From positions 3,840,001 through 3,904,000 of the forward strand of contig OY769902.1 of NCBI GenBank assembly GCA_963669175.1: 64,000 nt of DNA, written 5' to 3'. The notes under the pieces are model-generated. The model was not told the origin of the DNA. It ran no database searches and worked only from the letters and a program-made list of their open reading frames with translations. The translations under genes and the position numbers were made by a program. Of the stretch, positions 1 to 7,788 are shown in pieces. The stretch's first letter is position 1; each line of letters starts with the position of its first letter. The DNA comes from a bacterium. Lineage in GTDB: Bacteria > Electryoneota > Electryoneia > Electryoneales > Electryoneaceae.

Positions 1-2
1 AG

Positions 3-953
3 CCGATGAACTGCCCGGGCGGTACCCGTGTCTACAAGGCCGGTTACTATTCCTATCGTGATCTGCCGATTCGTATGGCGGAATTCGGTAAGGTACATCG
101 TCACGAGAAATCCGGTGTATTGCACGGCCTGTTCCGTGTACGGAATTTCGTACAGGACGATGCGCATCACTACTGCACCCCGGACCAGGCTGTCGGTGAG
201 GTTACACACTGCCTGCAGATCATCAAGGAAGTGTACGAAGCGGTGGGCTTCGAAGATTATTACTTCGAACTGTCCACTCGTCCGGAGAAATCCATCGGCA
301 CCGATGAACAATGGGCGATGGCGACGGATGTGCTGGAGAAAGCGCTCGCAGCCAACGAGATCAAGTATAAACTGAATCCCGGTGACGGCGCGTTTTACGG
401 TCCCAAGATTGACGTGCATGTCAAGGACGCGATCAAGCGTACCTGGCAGTGTGGCACGGTCCAGATCGACTTTTCCATGCCGCAGCGTTTCGACATGAGC
501 TACATCGATGAGAACGGCGAGAAAGCGCGGCCGGTCATGCTGCACCGTGCGATCATGGGCAGTATCGAACGTTTCCTCGGAATCCTGATCGAGCATTACG
601 CCGGAAAGTTCCCGTCATGGTTGGCTCCGGTTCAGGCTGTGGTCATCCCGATCAGCACCGACAAGTTCGGCGACTACGCTGAAGAGGTGGTTCGTTCGCT
701 GCGTCGTCTTGGCCTGCGGGTAAAAGCGGACATGCGTAACGAGAGCCTGAACAAGCGCATCCGTGACAACCAGAAACTGTATACACCGTATATGCTGGTT
801 GTCGGCGAACGTGAGATGGAAGAAGGCACCGTAAGCATCCGCCGCCGTGACAACAAGCAGCTCAGGACACCGTTGCAGATCACCGATTTCGGGGATCGCC
901 TGATGGAAGAAGTCGCGTGTCGTGACCTGGAACTTACCATCGAGGATGAGTAA
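3..953 (+). CDS. thrS: Threonine--tRNA ligase, C-terminal part (5' end outside window)
   Basis: PMNCP, HRHEKSGVLHGLFRVR, GDGAFYGPKID, WQCGTVQ.DF, HRAIMGSIERF motifs and anticodon-binding domain. Confidence 0.98.
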   Translation, partial: PMNCPGGTRVYKAGYYSYRDLPIRMAEFGKVHRHEKSGVLHGLFRVRNFVQDDAHHYCTPDQAVGEVTHCLQIIKEVYEAVGFEDYYFELSTRPEKSIGTDEQWAMATDVLEKALAANEIKYKLNPGDGAFYGPKIDVHVKDAIKRTWQCGTVQIDFSMPQRFDMSYIDENGEKARPVMLHRAIMGSIERFLGILIEHYAGKFPSWLAPVQAVVIPISTDKFGDYAEEVVRSLRRLGLRVKADMRNESLNKRIRDNQKLYTPYMLVVGEREMEEGTVSIRRRDNKQLRTPLQITDFGDRLMEEVACRDLELTIEDE

Positions 954-1013
954 TCCTGATTATCGAGTAGCCCGGACATGCTTGTCCGGGACACTTGCGA
1001 CAACAGAGATTTC

Positions 1014-1048
1014 AACGCCAGTCTTGCATTTGCATGACTGGCGTTTTT
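1014..1048 (+). terminator. Intrinsic terminator after thrS
   Basis: AACGCCAGTC...GACTGGCGTT stem followed by T-run. Confidence 0.75.
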
Positions 1049-1052
1049 AGTA

Positions 1053-1244
1053 GAAAAAGGGAACTGTTTCTTTTCCCGCAAGGTTTCATCTGACTTCTTC
1101 GCAAATACAAATTGGGAAAGGTGACTGTCCCCTTTTTTCAGTGATCAGGCCTCATCACACCGAAAAGAGTACAGTTTCCTTTTCCGCAAGCGTTGAAAGA
1201 GTTTCCGAAATATTGTGCAGGGAAAAGGATACCGTCCCCTTTTC
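1053..1244. repeat. Four-hairpin REP-like array (GGAAAAGG-N7-9-CCTTTTCC family), copy 1
   Basis: Four imperfect ~25-bp palindromes with unique spacers; collinear homologue at 30657-30850. Confidence 0.7.
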
Positions 1245-1467
1245 ACAATACCCGATGATAGACAGTCTTTCCATACCGGGTGGCTCGAAATCACTATCAC
1301 AAACTGACCACTTCCAAGTCCACATTAGGCATTGAGTTCGGAGGGTGATTGGCCTCTCACCTTGACCCGTTTCACCCTTCACACTATCTTCTCACGTTCG
1401 TGAAGTTTGGCACATACAGAAAACTTGTTAAACTGGCTCAGTGTACGGAGGGGCAGTGGGAACTACG

Positions 1468-2436
1468 ATGCAGCGAATTCTGGTAACGGGCGCGTTGGGG
1501 CAGATCGGCACCGACCTGACAGCAGCTCTACGTAAGAAGTACGGCGCCGACAATGTGGTAGCTTCAGATGTCCGTCCCGCACCGGAAAATCATTTCACCA
1601 TAGATGGGCCTTTTGTTCAACTTGATGTCACCTCCAGCGACGCCATTGAACGTATCCTTCGCAACCATCAAATCGACAGCGTGTTCCACCTGGCCGCCCT
1701 GCTTTCCGCTGTGGGTGAGAAAAACCCGCAGGCCTGCTGGGATGTGAACATGGGCGGTGTCATGCACATGCTCAACCTTGGGGTTAAGCTTGAGCTGAAC
1801 CGTTTGATCATCCCCTCCTCCATTGCCGTATGGGGACCGGATGCGCCCAAGGACAACACGCCGCAGGAAACCTGTTTGCAGCCGACCAGCATGTACGGCG
1901 TGACCAAGGTATGCGGTGAGCTGGTTTGCGATTATTACGTGAACAAGTTCGGGCTGGATGTGCGCGGCCTGCGTTACCCGGGCATTATCTCCTACGAAAC
2001 CCTGCCCGGTGGCGGGACAACGGATTATGCTGTGGCGATCTATTATGATGCCGTGGATAAAGGCAGCTACAACTGCTTCGTCAAAGAAGACACACGTCTG
2101 CCGATGATGTACATGCCGGATACCATCTCCGGGACGATACAACTCGCAGAAGCGCCGTTTGAAAACCTGAAACATCATTCCAATTTCAACATGGGATCGA
2201 TGAGCTTCACCGCGGGTGAACTGGCGGCCGAAATCAGGAAGCATATGCCTGATTTCACAGTCCGCTATGAACCGGACTACCGTCAGAAAATCGCGGATTC
2301 CTGGCCGGCCTCGATTGATGATGTTTGCGCTCGTGAGGAATGGGGCTGGGAACCGAAATGGGACTTGGCTGCGATGACCAAGGATATGCTGGAAAAACTC
2401 CAGGCTCGCAAAGACGCGGGGACACTCTACAGGTAA
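1468..2436 (+). CDS. tdh: L-threonine 3-dehydrogenase, SDR/NAD-dependent epimerase type
   Basis: GALGQIG, HLAALLSA.GE, YGVTK, PGGGTTDYA, LPMMYMPD, IADSWP motifs; adjacent to kbl. Confidence 0.9.
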   Translation: MQRILVTGALGQIGTDLTAALRKKYGADNVVASDVRPAPENHFTIDGPFVQLDVTSSDAIERILRNHQIDSVFHLAALLSAVGEKNPQACWDVNMGGVMHMLNLGVKLELNRLIIPSSIAVWGPDAPKDNTPQETCLQPTSMYGVTKVCGELVCDYYVNKFGLDVRGLRYPGIISYETLPGGGTTDYAVAIYYDAVDKGSYNCFVKEDTRLPMMYMPDTISGTIQLAEAPFENLKHHSNFNMGSMSFTAGELAAEIRKHMPDFTVRYEPDYRQKIADSWPASIDDVCAREEWGWEPKWDLAAMTKDMLEKLQARKDAGTLYR

Positions 2437-2451
2437 ACACCGAACAAACAT

Positions 2452-2867
2452 GTCTCACGCAAAGACGCAAAGGCGCAAAGAAAAGATTAAAAGAAAAGAA
2501 AAAGAAAACATTAGGGTAAAACATTTTTAATGATTACTTATTAATATTATTGTTGATCTAGCTATACATTGTATAAGCACAACCTACACAATACAATACA
2601 ATACAATATAATATAATATAATGTAATGTAATGTAATAAATATATTTAATTTATCTATAGTATTTTTTCTGTTCACATGAAATTATTGTATATTTTATTT
2701 ATTGTATTTTTAGTTTCCTGTAATAGTATTTTATTTCAACAACAAAACTTACATATTATAATTATAAAGTAATAGTTTTTAGGGTTTTTCCTTAAAGGGT
2801 TCTCCCTTAAAATATGTTTTCTTTTCTTTTAATCTTTTCTTTGCGCCTTTGCGTCTTTGCGTGAGAC
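2452..2867. repeat. 51-bp perfect inverted repeats enclosing a very AT-rich ~315-bp loop with a 5-mer microsatellite
   Basis: 2452-2502 is the exact reverse complement of 2817-2867; interior about 17% GC by hand count (2521-2780). Confidence 0.9.
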
Positions 2868-2931
2868 TTGTTTTTATCTTTGCGTGAAACATTTTCAGAT
2901 ATACGTGACGAAACAGATACAAGAGGTGAGT

Positions 2932-4173
2932 ATGTACGGAAAGCTCCAGGAACATTTGCAGCAGGAACTTGCTGAGGTCCGTGAGGCGGGCCTGTACAAG
3001 GAAGAACGGTTTATTCACAGTCCCCAGGCGGCGGACATCAAGGTCGAGTACCCGACAGACGCCCCAACAGAAGAAGTCATCAACTTCTGCGCGAACAACT
3101 ACCTGGGCCTTTCCAGCCATCCGGACGTGCTGCAAGCGGCGCATGACGGTCTGGCCGAACGTGGTTACGGTATGTCCTCCGTCCGCTTCATCTGCGGCAC
3201 GCAGGACATCCACCGTGAACTGGAAGAAAAGATCAGCCGTTTCCTCGGCACTGATGACACCATCCTGTACTCGAGCTGCTTCGACGCCAACGGCGGCCTG
3301 TTCGAAGTATTCCTGAAGCAGGAAGACGCAATCATCACCGACGCCCTGAACCACGCTTCCATTATTGACGGAATCCGTCTTTGCAAGGCTCAGCGCTTTA
3401 TCTACAAGAATGACGACATGGCGGACCTGGAAGAGAAATTGAAGGAAGCTTCAGGCGCCCGGTTCAAGATGGTCTTCACCGATGGCGCCTTTTCCATGGA
3501 CGGCACTGTCGCCCAGTTGGACAAGATCTGTGATCTGGCGGAAAAATATGGCGCTCTGGTCGGCGTGGATGACAGCCATTGCACCGGCTTTATCGGCAAA
3601 ACCGGACGTGGCACACATGAGCTGAACAACGTGATGGGCCGTGTTGATATCATTACCTCCACCCTGGGCAAGGCCATGGGCGGCGCGTCCGGTGGTTTCA
3701 CTTCCGGGCGCAAGGAAATGATCGAGATGCTGCGCCAGCGTTCACGCCCCTACCTGTTCTCCAACAGCCTCGCACCGGTCGTGGTTAATGCAGCGATCAA
3801 GGTAGTGGATGTGTTGATGGAGTCCACGGCGCTGCGTGACAAGCTGGAAGAGAACACGATGTATTTCCGTGAGAAGATGACGGAAATCGGCTATGACATC
3901 AAGCCGGGCATCCACCCCATCGTCCCGATCATGCTGTATAACGCCAAGCTGTCACAGGACATCGCCCGTGACATGTACTACAAGGGCATCTACGTGATCG
4001 GCTTCTTCTACCCGGTCGTCGGTAAGGGACTGGCGCGTATCCGTGTGCAGCTTTCCGCTGGCCATGAACGGGAACATCTGGATAAAGCCATCGCCGCATT
4101 TAAGGAAGTCGGCGAGAAATACGGCATCCTCGGCAAGAGCCGTGATGAGATTATCGAGATGTACGGCGAGTAA
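2932..4173 (+). CDS. kbl: Glycine C-acetyltransferase (2-amino-3-ketobutyrate CoA ligase)
   Basis: [47 protein letters not shown]; SD GAGGTG before ATG 2932. Confidence 0.97.
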   Translation: MYGKLQEHLQQELAEVREAGLYKEERFIHSPQAADIKVEYPTDAPTEEVINFCANNYLGLSSHPDVLQAAHDGLAERGYGMSSVRFICGTQDIHRELEEKISRFLGTDDTILYSSCFDANGGLFEVFLKQEDAIITDALNHASIIDGIRLCKAQRFIYKNDDMADLEEKLKEASGARFKMVFTDGAFSMDGTVAQLDKICDLAEKYGALVGVDDSHCTGFIGKTGRGTHELNNVMGRVDIITSTLGKAMGGASGGFTSGRKEMIEMLRQRSRPYLFSNSLAPVVVNAAIKVVDVLMESTALRDKLEENTMYFREKMTEIGYDIKPGIHPIVPIMLYNAKLSQDIARDMYYKGIYVIGFFYPVVGKGLARIRVQLSAGHEREHLDKAIAAFKEVGEKYGILGKSRDEIIEMYGE

Positions 4174-4196
4174 TCGCTTTCCTGCTGGATTCTATC

Positions 4197-4229
4197 GAGA
4201 GGGCTTGCGTTTGCAGGCCCTTTCGTTTT
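4197..4229 (+). terminator. Probable intrinsic terminator after kbl
   Basis: AGGGCTTGC/GCAGGCCCT stem with T-rich tail. Confidence 0.6.
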
Positions 4230-4270
4230 ACTTGGGGTATCGTGACATGGATTAGTGAGAAGGAAGCCAC

Positions 4271-5134
4271 ATGTATAAAGTGTTGTTGCAGTTGTTGCCG
4301 GAAAATGTTCTACTGTATAACTGGATAGAGCACGAGCTACCGGCGATTGTCGGTCCGTTTCGTTTCCTGGAACATGTCCCGATCCCGGTAGCGCCGGAAT
4401 CGAATGAGATCATGCATGTGAACTGGTTCAACACTCCGTTTAAAGAGCGTGGTCCTCTTCCTTCGTTGCCGGATGAAAGCTTGAACGTGATTGATGCGGA
4501 GCCGTTTCTGCTCAAGCTTCTGAACGGCAGCCTGGATCCCGCTTCCGAGGACGGCATCGCGCTGATTGACCAGGTTGGGCGCAATTTGCTGTTTTTTATT
4601 TTGCTGGCCCAGGATCACCCCCGGTACAACGCTGTTCGTGAAGTGTTCGAACGAATGGATTCGGCCTCATTGTGTTTTGATAACCTGGTGCGTCTGGCCA
4701 AACATTACGCCAATGAAGGCATTGCCTGTTCTGAGAACAACCAGCCGTCCGAAGCGCTTCAGAACATGTTGTTCTCCCTTGTCTTCTACAGTGGCGCTCA
4801 TACCCTGTCGCCCACGACGCCGGGTGTACAGTACGAGATGGGTGTTTTGTGCTATGACATGGCGGAACGCTTCAGCCTGCCGGGCAGCGATGACCTGGAG
4901 TGGGAAAACAGCCTTTACAATGAGTCGCGCCATTATTTGCAGCTTGCGCTGGCCGATCCGCAGTTACGTGACCAATCGCCGGGATTTTACATCCTGGGCG
5001 TCTGCCGTGCAGCCCTGGGCGACAAAGATGGAGCGATCAGCGCTTTCAAGCTGTTTATCGGCAGTAAAGCGGCAGAACGCTTCGTTCCGTTTGTAGAAGA
5101 CGCGAAAATGCGGCTTGCCGAATTGCAGGGATAG
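4271..5134 (+). CDS. Hypothetical protein with TPR-like helical C-terminus
   Basis: 287-aa ORF, SD AAGGA; GFYILGVCRAALGDKDGAISAFKLFI resembles a TPR. Confidence 0.7.
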   Translation: MYKVLLQLLPENVLLYNWIEHELPAIVGPFRFLEHVPIPVAPESNEIMHVNWFNTPFKERGPLPSLPDESLNVIDAEPFLLKLLNGSLDPASEDGIALIDQVGRNLLFFILLAQDHPRYNAVREVFERMDSASLCFDNLVRLAKHYANEGIACSENNQPSEALQNMLFSLVFYSGAHTLSPTTPGVQYEMGVLCYDMAERFSLPGSDDLEWENSLYNESRHYLQLALADPQLRDQSPGFYILGVCRAALGDKDGAISAFKLFIGSKAAERFVPFVEDAKMRLAELQG

Positions 5135-5149
5135 TGCTAACTACTTGTT

Positions 5150-5396
5150 CCGTCAGGTCTTGGCGTGATGCTTATTCCCATTTCACAAGACCCAAAACAG
5201 ATTGATTATTGAGTATTCAATAATAACAGCAAAGAAATTGAACATCACGTTGTGACCTGACGGGCAATGAGCTTTTTGTATCCAATGGCAGGTCACAACG
5301 TGACAACGAGTGAACCGTTTCACTAATCCATACATACAGTTAATCATTCTATTCATGTTTTTTCAGGCGGCATATTGTCACGTCAAGACCTGCCAT
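5150..5396. repeat. Two inverted-repeat pairs of the CAGGTC-N4-CGTGA family
   Basis: Arms 5150-5170/5243-5263 and 5285-5306/5375-5396; third pair at 30458-30580. Confidence 0.8.
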
Positions 5397-5550
5397 AACA
5401 TGAGAATGAGGCATGAGCTGTTTCTCATTGAGAAGTGGAGAAAGAGAGCCCGAAACAAGAAAAACCCATGAAAAACCTAATCTTGCCTGCCGGTGTCGCA
5501 AAAATAGAGACAATTGTGCGATATTTTAAACAATCACGGGTCTAAATGCC

Positions 5551-5579
5551 TTGACCTCAGAAGGTTATCATCTTATTTT
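5551..5579 (+). promoter_or_regulatory. Putative sigma70 promoter of the M23 peptidase gene
   Basis: TTGACC-17 nt-TATTTT. Confidence 0.45.
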
Positions 5580-5651
5580 ATCGCCGAGCTTTTTTTGAAA
5601 CAAGACCGCTGGTGAGAACCGCGTAATCGGCGGCAACAGGAGGATTGAGCG

Positions 5652-6581
5652 ATTCTGCGGCGAAAAGGTGGCAAACGCATTACCCTGATCGTCCAGGAAG
5701 ACGGCTCCACGCATCTTCAACACCGGTCATACGACAGCGGTACCATCCGTTTGATTCTTGGTGGTATTGCGTTAGTGATGGCTATACTTGTTCTTATTGG
5801 TGTTGTGGGATTGAGCGAGTGGCGGATTCGAGTCAAGACTGGACATTTGATATCTGAGAACCGGCTCCTTGGCCATCAGCTTGAACGTGTGAACGGCAAG
5901 CTGGTTGAGGTGCGTAACACCTTGGACTCCCTCGCGATGGAAGAGGAAGCTATACGTGTACGCGTTGACCTCCCGCCTTTGAGCGAGGATGTTCGTCAGG
6001 CCGGTATCGGTTCCATGCTGCCGTTGGAAGAAGAAGTCATCGGTGACGAACGTGTTGAGAAGCTTCTCGGCGCGTTGGACCAGATTGAACGCGAGCTTGC
6101 AGTTCAGCAGCAGTCGTTCCATGAAATTCAGACCCAGGTCGTTGCCAATGAAGAGCAACTGAAACATATCCCATCCATTATCCCGGTTCAGGGCGCACGG
6201 CTGTCGGATGGTTTCGGTTATCGTCGTGATCCATTCACTCGTGCGCGTCGTATGCACTACGGTGCAGATTTCGCAGCGCCGCGTGGCACACCGGTTTACG
6301 CGACAGCCAACGGTACCGTCACCCAGGTAAAGCGTGTTTCCGGGTACGGCAAGCTGGTTGAGATTGATCACGGATACGGCTATGTGACCATTTACGCACA
6401 CTTGAACAACCAGTTTGTGCGTCGCGGACAGAAAGTCCAGCGTGGTGATCAGATTGGCGCTGTGGGCAACACCGGACGCAGTACCGGACCACACCTGCAC
6501 TACGAGGTTCAGGTGGATGGTGAACCAGTCGATCCGCTGGATTTCTTCTACGAAGGCTACGATTTAGCCAAGGGAAGATAA
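5652..6581 (+). CDS. M23-family peptidoglycan DD-metalloendopeptidase with N-terminal TM helix and coiled coil; start possibly non-canonical (ORF track start 5751)
   Basis: HYGADF, YAHL, GNTGRSTGPHLHYEV; frame open upstream to 5649, SD AGGAGGA at 5638-5644. Confidence 0.92.
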   Translation: MLRRKGGKRITLIVQEDGSTHLQHRSYDSGTIRLILGGIALVMAILVLIGVVGLSEWRIRVKTGHLISENRLLGHQLERVNGKLVEVRNTLDSLAMEEEAIRVRVDLPPLSEDVRQAGIGSMLPLEEEVIGDERVEKLLGALDQIERELAVQQQSFHEIQTQVVANEEQLKHIPSIIPVQGARLSDGFGYRRDPFTRARRMHYGADFAAPRGTPVYATANGTVTQVKRVSGYGKLVEIDHGYGYVTIYAHLNNQFVRRGQKVQRGDQIGAVGNTGRSTGPHLHYEVQVDGEPVDPLDFFYEGYDLAKGR

Positions 6582-6604
6582 GCTGCTCCTTGTCAGAGAT
6601 TTCC

Positions 6605-6630
6605 AAGACGCCGACTCAGGCGTCTTTTTT
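6605..6630 (+). terminator. Intrinsic terminator
   Basis: AAGACGCC-GACTCA-GGCGTCTT-TTTT. Confidence 0.8.
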
Positions 6631-6747
6631 GTTGATGAAAAGCAGAAAACAGTGACGCTCGTGTTCACTGCAGCATTCTGTCACACCCAGCGCACCTTAG
6701 CGAAGCGAAGCTTGCGGAGTGCGAAGCATAGACGTAAACAAAGCAGT

Positions 6748-6960
6748 GTGTATCGGAATAAAACCACTCTCATCCCAGCGAAGCAGACTGTATCAGAAGA
6801 GAAACCACTCTCATCCCAGCGAAGGCTGGGATCCAGGCAAGTATCGACACAATAATAAGTTGGATACTTAAACAGCCCTCAATGTACTGTGTTTCTCGAG
6901 AATTCTTAATCTCTTGTAATATCGCAACATGACTGGATTCCTTCCTTCGAAGGAATGAGA
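6748..6960. repeat. dRS3/REP-like paired palindromes (TCATYCC-N-CGAAGG-N-GGRATCCAG) with a short direct duplication
   Basis: 6809-6836 and 6933-6960 are inverted copies, each a GAAG-loop hairpin; ~36-bp direct duplication at ~6748-6783/6789-6824. Confidence 0.65.
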
Positions 6961-7042
6961 CTGTCGGACATTCTGCGACAGTCTGGAAGGCGGGGATCTA
7001 CTCCCTTTGAGACACAGACATATTCAAAAGTATTCTTAGCAC

Positions 7043-7072
7043 TGGAACTGCGTGATCTTCAGTTCGTATAAT
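7043..7072 (+). promoter_or_regulatory. Putative ssrA promoter
   Basis: Perfect TATAAT at 7067-7072, 35 nt before the mature tmRNA 5' end; -35 element weak. Confidence 0.5.
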
Positions 7073-7107
7073 GTGTAGAGACAGGCGAGTATCGCCACAG
7101 TGTTTCC

Positions 7108-7467
7108 GGGGACGTATGGATTCGACGGGACGCTGGGTGGCGTCACCTGCGCGTCGGGGGTGTCAGCAACCCCGTACCCTTGTTGGCAAACCAAAATTGC
7201 CGATGATTACGGCTACGCTCTCGCGGCCTAATTAGTGCCGCGTCGTTCCTGTCAAGCCCGGGTCGTTCGGCTTGGCTGAGGACGTCGCTAAGAACGACCT
7301 GCTCATGCTGCCACACCTGGGGGTAGCGTGCAAAGATTCACCAGGCTGGACGGAACCTGCCCGTCGATCGGCTCAAGGGATCCGTCGAGACTTCAATAGG
7401 TCGGCTACACGCGTAGACGGTGCCGTGGCCCCGTCGCCGGACCCGGGTTCGATTCCCGGCGTCTCCA
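7108..7467 (+). ncRNA. ssrA: tmRNA; tag peptide (A)ADDYGYALAA* at 7199-7231
   Basis: 5' GGGGACG...GGATTCGAC; 3' CCGGGTTCGATTCCCGG T-arm and CGTCTCC-A acceptor strand with G3:U pair; tag ends ALAA-TAA. Confidence 0.97.
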
Positions 7468-7471
7468 CTTC

Positions 7472-7497
7472 AACCCGCTTCGGCGGGTTTTTTCTTT
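7472..7497 (+). terminator. Intrinsic terminator after ssrA
   Basis: AACCCGC-TTCG-GCGGGTT followed by T-run. Confidence 0.9.
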
Positions 7498-7788
7498 GGT
7501 GGTAGTACTGTGATTTGCCTAGTTGCGAAACATCTGATTTCTGTTCAAAGCTGAACAGTGATTGTCCATATTCGTTCACTCGTTCCCTGTAATCCCGGAC
7601 ATCCGATTGAGATTTTTCTACCAATCGAGTTCTCCGATCTGCTGTCTGTTGCTCTATACAATTGCATGACGTAGCGCCATTGAACAAACCTGGGATACGA
7701 CATATACCGAAACAAAACCATTGCGAACTGGATGTTTGGAATGAAAATTGCCTTTCTTGATACATGGGCTTTTAACGAAAGGATGCCA

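Noticed and set aside
1053-1244. Degenerate CRISPR array (also 30657-30850)
   Set aside because: Repeats vary by position, spacer lengths are uneven, and spacers are partly homologous between the loci.
1564-2451. Long antisense ORFs (this one, 5772-6500, 22094-22792, 54247-55053 and similar)
   Set aside because: They overlap well-supported genes on the opposite strand.
7272-7505. 77-aa ORF
   Set aside because: Lies within the tmRNA and its terminator.
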